NCBI RefSeq assembly: GCF_001194135.2
Contig: NC_068989.1
Span: 77,477,543-77,533,565, forward strand
Direction: 5' to 3'
DNA length: 56,023 nt
Source: Octopus bimaculoides
Lineage: Eukaryota
In this document: piece after piece, positions 26,679 to 37,148 of the stretch
How the letters are laid out: every line of letters begins with the position of its first letter
How positions within the stretch are numbered: the first letter of the stretch is position 1
The notes under the pieces: generated by a model
Told to the model about the DNA's origin: nothing
The model's database searches: none
What the model saw: only the letters and a program-made list of their open reading frames with translations
Translations under genes and position numbers: made by a program

Positions 26679-28490
26679 ATTTTATTATATCAATTTTAAA
26701 AGGTTTTCAATTTCTTTTTAGTTACTTTCTTTGCTTCAATGTTTTAGATTTTAAACATCCAATAGAAGGAGTTTTCATTGATAATCTGACTTAATCGAAG
26801 GTTTTTTTTCCTATTTATATTACATATTTGATACTGCAGCTTATTTATTTGTATTTAATGCTGAATGCTCTCTTTAACTTTTTTTCCTCAGCCAACTCGG
26901 CGATATTCATGATTTATTTATGAATATATTGATCACCCTTCGACTTACCAACAAGTGAGACTTTTCAATGAAAAGACCTAATGAAAAAGCAATACATGAT
27001 GCTTAGTTTCTCCAATTGGTTTAAAGGACAAATCCACTCACATACTGCGTGTTACATATCTTCCAAACATTTCAATTAACTGCTTGCTGGTTTTAGAATT
27101 TGAACGTACCGCCTCGATGGAGTTTCTGACAATGCATTGCATGAATATTCTTAGTCAATCCAGGTTTTCCAAAAGTACTGTCTTCCATACTTAAGTAAAA
27201 CTTATCGTATTTGTAGAATATAAAAAGAGACTTGAAGTGAATTGATTTCAAACATTTATAGAGTCCTATTCGTTGACGTCTTATAAGGATTAATGTCTGA
27301 ATGAGATAAAAATAGGAAGATGGAGGAAAAGGACTTAAGTGGAGCTATAACGTAAATGTAACTACACTCTAGTGTTGTCACAAGCGCTGACAGGATTAAA
27401 AAGGTAGACGTATTCTGAATACTCTAAATGTTTCTCTAATATACTTTACTGAGTTTGTCTTTTCCGTTATTTTTTTCTTTTACTCCATATCGTGATTTTT
27501 ACATTAAATCTGTTTTCTACGCAGTGCTTAACCAAATCTGTTAAAAAATGTTTTCCGCTTTTGCTTTTGTTTAGCGCCTCTCCGTTTCTATGGATGCGAG
27601 CAGGCATATACAAAAGCATTCCAACTGTGACCACCACTGTCGTGTTGTTCAGTAGTTCATGTTTTATAAGGCGCACGAGATTGTAAGACGCATCGCAGTT
27701 TTGTCTAGCTCTTTCTTGAACCAACATTTTCTGGTAATCTTATAATTGCAAATGAAACTGCATCACATGAGGATGTATGTGTGATGTAGTTTCATAGTTT
27801 CATTTTCGGGACAAGTTGTGCGCGAAAACTGGTATGTTTTACAATATGTAACCAACAAAATTTTCAATACAAAGCTAATTTTAAGACGATAAGGTGTGAC
27901 ATGAGGGATTGGCTGTTATTTCTAGGAGATTGAGTGACCGTATAGACGTTCCTTCATAGACTCACGAAATTTTATGTTTTTACAGCATGTATTAATGCAT
28001 TAACAGTAAGTATAATTCTAATATCAGTGCTATAGCTGTGGCACATTTACACCATTTGTCTCCATTATTCGTTTAGATCAATTGTTCGGTTTCCTTTGAT
28101 TAAGCTGTTGATTCCTAAATTCACAGAGACTGATTGATGTACAACGTACAGGTCACTGGTGAAACAAGTGAAATCAAGCTATTTCAACCGAGAAATGAAA
28201 TATGAATGCAGATCTTCGGTCATGCAACTCTGTCTTCTCTATGACCCTTGAAAGTTTACAAATTTGAAGGCAAACCACAGAAGATATGATCGATCTCAGT
28301 ATTCGACAATATATGTTATCTAATCTAGCGATGAAAGAAAAGTAATTTAGGATCGTGTAGGGTTTGAACTCAGACCGTAACTATGCCAAGCAGATAGCTA
28401 ATCCAGTAACATTCAACTCAGCCGGCTTTGTTTATTCTTTGGTTTCCGTATTGTTGAATAATATTCTTTTCTACTCTAGGCACAAGACTC

Positions 28491-29154
28491 GGATTTAGTT
28501 TAAAACGGGAGCACCAGTTTTCATTTATGTTTTATGTAGTGTTTTTGGTACCGAAAGACTTTCAAACTTTCGTATACTTATCTATTCTGTGTTATAGACA
28601 GAAAAAAAATTTTTGTATTCGAATTTATTTCATGTAAAAAAATTGTCTTATTTCGATAATTTCTACTAATCACTGACGTCTATTCAGTTGAAAACAGTTA
28701 GCGCTGTAACGGTGTATATCGTATTAATCCCCTAACCCTAACCCTAACTAGACTGTTAACCGTAACCGTAACCCTAACCCTAAAACTAACCCTAACTCTA
28801 GAATCCGAACTCTAAAATTGTTACACACACAGATACGCACAGCGTAATTTATTATATAAACAATATATGCGTATAAATTACGATTAAACCGGATGAAATA
28901 TGTCACAGGGAATAACATTTTTATGACCGCCCAGCAGTAACTCTATTCAGCTGAATAGAAGTCAGTGATTGGTTGAAATTACAGAAATACGACAACTTTA
29001 ACATGGAATAACTTGCGATGTACATTTTTTTGTTACGAAGACTAAGAGTAAAATATGTTTTATATGACACATTCAACCAGTGTCCCAAGTTTCAAAGTGT
29101 TTCGTTAGTGTTTCGTTAAGAAAATACTGGTGCCCCTGTTTTAGAATAGATCCC
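28491..29154. mobile_element. non-autonomous long-TIR (foldback-like) DNA element with an internal (CCCTAA)n-like tract
   Basis: Left GGATTTAGTTTAAAACGGGAGCACCAG versus right-end reverse complement GGATCTATTCTAAAACAGGGGCACCAG. Imperfect inverted homology continues about 200 bp inward. Confidence 0.8.
28730..28800. repeat. degenerate telomere-like (CCCTAA)n tract
   Basis: CCCTAACCCTAACCCTAAC..CCGTAACCGTAACCCTAACCCTAAAACTAACCCTAAC. Confidence 0.85.
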
Positions 29155-29497
29155 AAATTTTAGGGGAAGCGGCCAGTCGATTAGATCGACCTCAGTACGC
29201 AACTGGTACTTAATTTATCGACTCCGAAAGGATGAAAGGCAAAGTCGACTTCAGCGGAATTTGGACTCAGAACACATCAATAGACAAAATACTGCTAAGC
29301 ATTTCGCCCGGTGTGCTAACGCTTCTGCCAGCTCGCCGCCTTTACCGTTGAATAATATTGCCAGAATTACCTTTTGCAGTAAATATTGTATCCCGATATA
29401 TATTATATGCTATATCACAGTAGGGATGTTCAGATAGTTGTTTATATATGTTACTAATATTTAGGCACATTAAGTCGGTGTGCAACCAGAATTGTTA

Positions 29498-30035
29498 CCA
29501 CAGCAGACAAAACTGTTCGCGGCATTTCGTCCGTCTTAAGGCTCTGAGTTCAACTTCTGCCGAGGTCAACTTTGCCTGTCATCCTTTCGAGGGCGATAAA
29601 ATTAATATCAGTTGATCATTGAGGTCGATGTAATCGACTTCCCCAATCTTCAAAATTGCTGGACTTCGTGACAAAATATGAAAAGAATATTTAAGTACGT
29701 TTTACAGGCTGTTGTTTATATTCTTTAATGAGAGACGAACAGTTGAAGAGAATAGAAAGTGATTCAGTTTCGAATCTATCTGTCGACAAAAATGTAAATT
29801 GTTCTTAATCTAAACTTCTTTGTAAGGCTGGCAAAATTGTTACCGAATTAGGCAAAATTCTTAGCCGCATTTCGGCCGTCTTTACGTTCTACGTTCAAAT
29901 TCTGCCGAAATTGACTTTACCTTTCATCGTTTCGAGTTCGATAAAATAAGTACCAGTTGAAAACTAGGGTCGATGTAATCCACTTACTCCCCTCCCCTAA
30001 CTTGCTGGCTTTATGCCAAAATTTGAAACCAATAT
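29498..30035 (+). mobile_element. two SINE family A copies (about 29498-29690 and 29822-30035)
   Basis: Each has GAGTTCAA/CGTTCAAATTCTGCCGA..ACTTT.CCT.TCATC.TTTCGAG..GATAAA. Confidence 0.8.
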
Positions 30036-30454
30036 AAACTTCCTTGTAAATGGATTTCCGTCCAGTTCAACTTTCAGTATGGAAATTGTTCGATTAAATG
30101 AACCAGTCACCTTATTGAATTAACCCCTGAAGTGGTGGCTTTGTAAATATGAACCACAGTTACAATCTGTTACGCAATCATCATCTGATGGTTGTCCACA
30201 TTCATTTCTCTCCACCCAGAAGCACAAATGACGTTGGCTGACTTGTATTGTTGTTCTAGCTCCAGTGTATTTTTTTCGATCAACAAAGCTCAGCAATATT
30301 TCTAAATTGCGGGTTGCTGGTCGAAAATCTGGATACATCTCACCAATCAAACACCCCTGTATATGTTATGCATATAGAGTGTACAGCAATCCTTTGAACA
30401 TCACGGGTGTTATGTTCTGAAACCTCCTACAGAAATAATTAAAATCTAAAAATA

Positions 30455-30512
30455 TGTGCACCAGCATGACCGCAGCCACTTGGCTGAAACACATAAATAA
30501 ATAAATAAATAT
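30455..30512 (+). mobile_element. isolated LINE/SINE-B-type 3' tail
   Basis: GTGCACCAGCATGACCGCAGCCACTTGGCTGAAAC plus (TAAA)n, homologous to 271-307. Confidence 0.7.
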
Positions 30513-30586
30513 ACCTACTGGCTGCAGAAACCCGGATATTCTGAAGAGTCAGCGATATAGATTTACATATATTAAACATAAAAATC

Positions 30587-30690
30587 CGCGATGTACTGAG
30601 TACATGATAGGTGAACCAAGACGTACTGGGCGCGTGATAGGTGAACTGCGATGGACTGAGTGCGCGAAAGGCGAACTGCGACGAATTACT
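30587..30690. repeat. 30-bp period degenerate minisatellite (about 3.4 units)
   Basis: CGCGATGTACTGAGTACATGATAGGTGAAC / CAAGACGTACTGGGCGCGTGATAGGTGAAC / TGCGATGGACTGAGTGCGCGAAAGGCGAAC / TGCGACGAATTACT. Confidence 0.8.
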
Positions 30691-31544
30691 GCAGATTGAT
30701 TCAATGAGTTTCATTTTATGACTATGTTCTGCAATATCATATATGACATATTGTGTTTTGTTGTGTATTGCATTGTATTGTATGATTTTATGTGTTGTTA
30801 TATTCTTGTTGCAGTTGTTAGGCCCAAACCATCCTTGATTATACAGATCTATAAGGTAAAGTATTGAATTGATCCATTTTTTATTCAGATATAGAATATA
30901 TAAGGAAAGGTCTTCATAAGCTAATATCTTCAATTTCTTAAGACAGAAGGATACAATTTGAGGGACTCTGACATAATACTTGTAGTATTAAATAAAAATA
31001 ATGACGATATAATGATATAATGTAATGTACTACAGCATAATGTATTATTTCGTTTAGAAAATTGTAATAGTAGTAGTAGTAGTAGTTGTTGTAGTTTGTA
31101 GTAGATGCTTTGACAATATCCTATCTTGTCATGATGTGCGGGTGCTCTATTAATATAGTTGAAATCGTGCATTATCGGTGACTTAAAACCTGCACGACAT
31201 TTCCGTTCAAGTCGGCGTTATATTCGCATTGCAGAGGTAAGAATATCCCAGTTCTGATTTTTCCTTTTCCCGTAAGACACACGGACTGTATACCTAGTTT
31301 AGGTGGGCGATGAGTGGCTCTCATAGCAGAGCGTCTTACGCTATTAAGGCCCATCTCAAAAACTTACGGATACCGCTCATGCCCTCGGAATTACTTCGCA
31401 ATATGTAACACTTAGATCACGCTGTTCCTGTCCATAACTGAATCCTTGCTCCAGTATAAGAAATAAGCAAGTAAAGAAAGGATTTTTTATTTATTTATTA
31501 GCCCTAGGACTCATAAGGCCTGTTATCTGGTTTCTATGGCGTAT

Positions 31545-32180
31545 AAGTGGCCGAGATCAATTTTGAGGGGAGTGGAGAAGTCGATTACATCAACCAAATT
31601 ATTGGACAAGTACTTTATTTTATTGACCCTGAAGAGTCGAAACGTCAAAGTAACTCGGTGAGATTCGGACTCAACGTAAGGAGCCGGAAGAAAAGTCTCT
31701 AACTGCATTGCCCGGCGCGCTAATGATTTAAACAAAGATTACCTGCTATTAAAGCAGCGCACGAGGAACCCCTCATCCACACCTAGGTTAACGCTAACCG
31801 CCTGGGTACACCATTAATATCATTAGGACAAAGTCTCATTCGAGGCGTTGTCCTAATGATAACTAAACGCCATTTCTGTAGGCTTCTTAGTGTATAAACC
31901 TGTATGAGGTTATGAAGAGCGATTTCGTCATTATTCCCTTCAGTTCTGGGAGACCCTCCAAAAGTGATAACCATTGCCGCTCACAATCTAACAAAGCCGT
32001 AAGAAAGACAATAAACTAAGTGCAGTGCAGAAATTATTTCTAATTTCTGGCAGCATGTTTGAGAACAAGGGGCAAGTCGATTCAATCAACCTGGTACTTG
32101 GCTGGTGCTTAACATTATCAAACCCAAAAGAATGAAAGGCAGAGTCGACTTTAGCGGGATTTGAACTCGGAAGGTATAAA
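31545..32180 (-). mobile_element. two degenerate SINE family A copies (about 31545-31725 and 32050-32180)
   Basis: GTCGATTACATC..GTACTT..; GAATGAAAGGCAGAGTCGACTTTAGCGGGATTTGAACTC. Confidence 0.7.
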
Positions 32181-32184
32181 GTAT

Positions 32185-32755
32185 TGAGGCGCAGGCGTGG
32201 CTGTTGAGAAGAAGTTTGCTTCCCAGCCACATAGTCCTCGGCTCAGTCCCACTGCGTGGTACCATGACCAAGTGTCTTCTACTATAGCCTTGGGCCGACC
32301 AAAGCCTTGTGAATGGATTTTAGGAGATCGAAAATTAAAATAGTCCATCATGTGTGTGTGGGTATGTGTGTGTGGGTATGTGTGTGTGGGTATGTGTGTG
32401 TGGGTATGTGTGTGTGGGTATGTGTGTGTGGGTATGTGTGTGTGTGGGTATGTGTGTGTGTGGGTATGTGTATGTGTGGGTGGGTGTGTGGGTGTGTGTG
32501 GGTGTGTGTGTGGGTGTGTGGGTGTGTGGGTGTGTGTGTGTGTGTTTGTGTCTGAATTTTTCCTCATCACCGCTTGACAACCAGTGTTGGTGTGTTTATG
32601 TCCCCGTAAGGTAGCGGTTCGGTAAAAGATACCGATAGAATAAGTACCAGGCTTTAAAAGAAAAGGTACTGGGGTTGATTCATTTGACTAAAGTCCTTCA
32701 AGGCAGTGCCCCAGCATGGCCACAGTCTAATGAGTGAAACTAAGAAAAGATAACA
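32185..32755 (+). mobile_element. full-length SINE family B with an expanded internal (GGTATGTGTGTGTG)-type tract
   Basis: Head AGGCGCAGGCGTGGCTG..CAGTCCCACTGCGTGG..CAAGTGTCTTCTACTATAGCC; microsatellite 32350-32545; tail CCCCAGCATGGCCACAGTCTAATGAGTGAAAC. Confidence 0.9.
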
Positions 32756-32937
32756 AACAAATAAGATTTGAACAAATACCACGAAGTAATGTTGCTCAAA
32801 CATTTACAATTCTGCTAGCACGACGCCTTCACAACAACAACAACAATAATTATTGTTTCAAATTTTAGCACAAGGCCAGCACTGTTAGGAGAAGTGGTTA
32901 GTCAATTATATCGACCTCGGTATTTGACAGGTACATA

Positions 32938-33146
32938 AGGCAGCGAGCTGGCAGAAGCGTTAGCATGCTGAGCGAAATGCTAAGCGGTTTTTCATCTGTC
33001 GTTACGTTCTGAGTTCAAATTCCATCGAGGTCGACTTTGCCTTTCATCCTTTCGGGGTCGATAAATTAAGTACCAGTTGCGTACTGGTTCGATCTAATCG
33101 ACTGGCTCCCTCCTCCAAAATGTTGGGCCTTGTGTAGAAAAGTATT
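32938..33146 (+). mobile_element. full-length SINE family A
   Basis: AGGCAGCGAGCTGGCAGAAGCGTTAG (A-box-like) .. GAGTTCAAATTCC (B box) .. GTCGACTTTGCCTTTCATCCTTTCGGGGTCGATAAATTAAGTACCAG .. GGGCCTTGTGTAGAAAAG. Partial minus copies flank it on both sides. Confidence 0.9.
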
Positions 33147-34862
33147 TGATAGGTACTTTATTTTATGTGTCATGAAGGAATGAACGACAAAATCCACTAT
33201 AGCGAGATTTGAACTCCGGACATAAAGCCGAAAGAAGTACAGCTAAGTATTTTTGTTCGACGCGCCAAAGAGTCTGCTTATAATTTATCTCCACTTGTGC
33301 TGTACTGACTGATGGATAATAATTGTTAGTCATTACGAACAATTTGGAAATGCGACCAAAATCTATTCCTCTTAACGTATTAAAAAGCAGCTGGACAGGA
33401 ACCGCGATCGTTAAATATAATGCCAATGCGTTTGGCATTTCTATTATAGACTCGGTCAGTTACAAATCGACAATAGTGCTAAACTTTATTCTTTATCTGA
33501 TTGAAATGGTGGAACGACTGAAAATTGAATTTTCTATAATAATCCTCTCAGGAACGGAACTCTTCACCACCGCCAAATTACGATGCCTGATCTATCTAGT
33601 AATCAAAATTTCCAATAAATAATATAACAATATTAGAAAAAAAAATGCACAAATAAATGTTCATGTTATATAACGAACAAAATAACACAAACAAGCAACA
33701 ACAAATTACTTAAGGGACAAACAAAATTTGTGATATCTATATGTATATGACTGCGTGTATACTTGAGTAGGTGTTTATGTATGTTTGTGTATGCCTGTGT
33801 GATTTTTCACTTTTCGATCCATACACATTGTTCCCATGACAACAAATATAATTAAGCTATGTACAAACATTTGCTCTGCGCCAAAAGCTATTTTTGAAAC
33901 ATTTTAATTGTTTTGGGTTTTGGACATTTCATGTGACTTCTTTTTTTATAGTTTTCATATATATATATGTTGTTGTTGTTGAGGATGTTGTGTTGTTGTT
34001 ATTATTATTATACAGTACATGAGTATGTATGAACCTGCGTATGTGTATGGGTAAATAGTTTGTTTATATATTTTCACTGTGTTCATGTTTGTCGTTAAAG
34101 TGTGTAAAATCTGATATAATATATTATTGTGTGTAATGCCAGTGTATATTAAGTTCATACACAAACTATGACGGTTCATTGTTTATGGAGAAAGATTAAA
34201 GTTATAGTTGAAAAAATAAAATGAAAAAGAATGGAACTAATATCGAAATTCGTGACAAGTGTATTATCTTATATTTAAAAGTTGCTGGTAAATTTCTTGT
34301 TATAGGATTTGTTAGCATGTCGATAAGTCGACATGAGTTCAGTATTTTGAATTAGAATTAGAGTGAATTGGGATTAATTAGAACTGACTGTAGGAATAAG
34401 AGCACACCAAAAGATCAGAAAGCACAGTAGCCAGGCAGAATGAGTTCCGTTTATGTTAGTGATGTACAACTCTAGGTTTTGTATCGACAAAATACACAAT
34501 GCCTTTTTAGGAGTAGGAAACATCACAATAAGTATAAAGAGTGGCGGTGGAAAACGTACTCTGAAATACCAAGTCCATGACAGACTAATAATAAGCGGGT
34601 GCATTCTTACATGATGCAATGTATCTATAACTTTCAGTTAATTCGAATTATGCAAATTGGCGTAATTTCAAGTAATTAAAATATATTGGCTCTCTACACC
34701 AAATATATTAGCGCCTACATTACTATTAGTTTTCCATGCAGGTGGCATCCCTTGGTATTCCTCCTTCACCATGCAGTGTATTATGTTATCACGGCACTCA
34801 CTGTTTGTTTGTTTTTTGGGTTTTTTTTTCCAAATATTGAACTGTAATAAAGTGTGACTAAC

Positions 34863-34901
34863 TGATGCTGATGAAGTCTCATAGGACTGAAACATTCATC
34901 A
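34863..34901 (+). ncRNA. minimal type I hammerhead-ribozyme-like motif
   Basis: TGATG-CTGATGA-AGTCT-CATA-GGACT-GAAA-CA-TT-CATCA: intact core, stem II 4 WC + 1 GU, stem I 5 bp. Stem III is degenerate. Confidence 0.5.
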
Positions 34902-36199
34902 TGCTGCCAAACATCGAATTTACTTCCACAATTCTAAATAAATAAAATCTTAATTGGTTCCAATTATGGGATTTTTCTCCCTTTGCATTCCTTGGCCAGA
35001 AGAAATCATTAAAGCATTGATTTTTCTTTCCTGAGCAGAAGTGGATTTTGATTCATTAAAAATCTATGCTCTTACAATATGTATTAAATCCATATATATT
35101 TAGCTCCCGTTTTACTAAAAAGAAAGCATACTTTCATACTTTAAAAAAAAAAAAAAATTACTTTAAAATCTAAATTATTTTTAATTAACTTCGATTAGAC
35201 ATTTTAAACACATAAATCGAGAATATTAAATTATGAACAAAGCAGCCCATATCCTCTAGACTGTTCTAGCAATTCTTTTAATATTGCATTCGTGTTTATA
35301 ATTTCTAACTTAACTAACTTTAATGCTTATAATTGAAAATCTTAACCATATTCCTTTAACATGCGCTAGTAATACAGAAGACCTTTTAAATATTATAACA
35401 CTAAATTTTTTTTCGAATGTGAAAACTTATATTTAATCAGGAATAGAAAATAAAATATAAAATTATCTTTATGAATTAACCAATATCGTTAAATATGTTG
35501 ACTTGAAATTAAAAAAAAAAATGTTTCTGTGCTTCAATATTAAATTTTTGAATGTTTTTCTTTGCAAGGAGGAGATAATGATATTCAGGGGAAGTAATAG
35601 TGCTATATAATTCTTACTGTTGCATAAAGATTTGAATTTTACTACATTCAATTATACTTTTATTATATTGTAATTTTTTATATATTTTATCGCATTTGCA
35701 ATTTTCCACATTAGTTAAAATTTTAAATTTGTCAGTGCTTTCAATTTCTTTTCTAAAACATCACGCATTTAAAAAATAAATAAACGTTAATCACAAAAAT
35801 ATATTTACAATTGAAACAAGAAAAAGAAAGCTTAATTCTTTACAGATATTTGTCTGACTTTATTTTACTACATTCTTTTACAGAGGCTTTAAGTAATTTT
35901 GAATATAAAATGTAATTATCATTTACACTATGCTTCCACAGGCCTTGATATTTCTCTTCAATATAATGTCTCAGTGAAATTGTTCACCTTCTTCGCTGCC
36001 CTTGACACACTTCTCTGTAAAATAGTCAAGATGAGAAATGTAGAAAGCGAAACTTCACACTGAAACTTGCATCCAAGTCGATGAAAGATATGAATCATGG
36101 TTTAAACCAATTGCTTGTTATCTGAGAATTTTAAATTTCCAATTTTTCAGACTAGAGATTTAAGATTTAAGTGACAGTCAAACTTTTAACACTGGTTCA

Positions 36200-36238
<39 letters not shown>

Positions 36239-36319
36239 GTGATTTCTCGTAATCCGAGAAACACAGTTCTGAAATTTCTTATTGAAAAACTCGCAGATAT
36301 GACTTGTTTATAGTGATCA

Positions 36320-36528
36320 AATGTTTGTCGCTCACTCGACGTTGCTTGAACAGATGCACGTGGTACCCCACGTCAGGTGGTACCCCACGTCAGGTGTCGA
36401 TGTGATTAGGGAGCAACATGATATGAAATGCTTTGCTCAAGAACACAACGTACTAGCCGGTTCAGGAAATGAAACTGCGACCTCACGAGCGGAGTGCAAC
36501 ACCCTTACTGCTATGCCATGCGCCTCCA
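36320..36528 (-). mobile_element. SINE family D-like copy with a different tail
   Basis: GAAATGCTTTGCTCAAGAACACAAC..GAGTGCAACACCCTTA..CCATGCGCCTCCAC; contains a 17-bp tandem duplication at 36360-36393. Confidence 0.75.
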
Positions 36529-36839
36529 CGAGTCAGACTTACTCTTGTCTAAATTAGCTTCCATCGTCTGGTTTTTGTTTTTTTTCATATTTGGTTCATT
36601 GAGACCAGTTTTTAATTTTACTTTCGTTAAAACCGATAAGAGACCAAAGCGTTTGAATGCTCTCCCTAATTATCGGGGGATTTTACAAATATTTTTCATT
36701 CATCCTATATTTATATGATCTCCAAGTGAAACTGTAATGCTTGTAATGCATCTAATGAAGGAAATCTTTTATAGTGGGAGAATCATTCAATATATATCCT
36801 CACGTGCCTGCCTTGATAACTCGTACTCGTAATAGTCAT

Positions 36840-37148
36840 ATTGTTGTTTGTTCCTTCTCGAACCATACCTGACTCATAAGAGCCGGTTTCCCGGTTTCAT
36901 TGGCGTATAGGTTCCCCACCTGGACAGGACGCCGGTCCGTCGCAGGTGAGCTGCTAGATGCAAGAGAAAAGAGTGAGCGAATGATGTGGTGAAAGAGTCA
37001 GCAGAAGTTCGCCATTACCTTCTGATGGAGCAGCGTGGAGGTTGGGTACTTCGCTCTTAAAAACACATATCACCCGGTCTGAGATTCGAACCCACGATAG
37101 CTCTACCGCAAGGTCCGATGCTCTAACCACTAGGCCATGTGCCTCCAC
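36840..37148 (-). mobile_element. chimeric SINE: family C-like head and body plus a tail shared with the 40475 element
   Basis: TSD AATAGTCAT at 36831-36839 and 37149-37157; head GTGGAGGCACATGGCCTAGTGGTTAGAG..GGTTCGAATCTC. Confidence 0.85.

Larger units (their letters stand above)
28455..29342 (-). mobile_element. SINE family A copy split by a nested insertion
   Basis: Tail ..CTACTCTAGGCACAAGACTCG (to 28491) resumes as AAATTTTAGGGG.. (from 29155) and runs to ..GCCAGCTCGCCGCCT. Confidence 0.85.

Noticed and set aside
28730-28800. Relic telomere or chromosome fusion site
   Set aside because: Short, degenerate, single orientation and located inside a TIR element.
28506-29138. hAT assignment (CAGGGG-like end with 8-bp TSD GTTTAAAA/TTTTAGAA)
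   Set aside because: The apparent TSD is itself part of the inverted repeat, which extends about 15 bp further out.
31628-31650. CTGAAGA-GTC-GAAACGTC hammerhead-like string
   Set aside because: No room for stem II; it aligns with the decayed SINE-A body (GACCCCGAAAGGATGAAAGGCAAAG).
36360-36393. 17-bp tandem duplication GTGGTACCCCACGTCAG x2
   Set aside because: Ordinary slippage duplication within a SINE tail.
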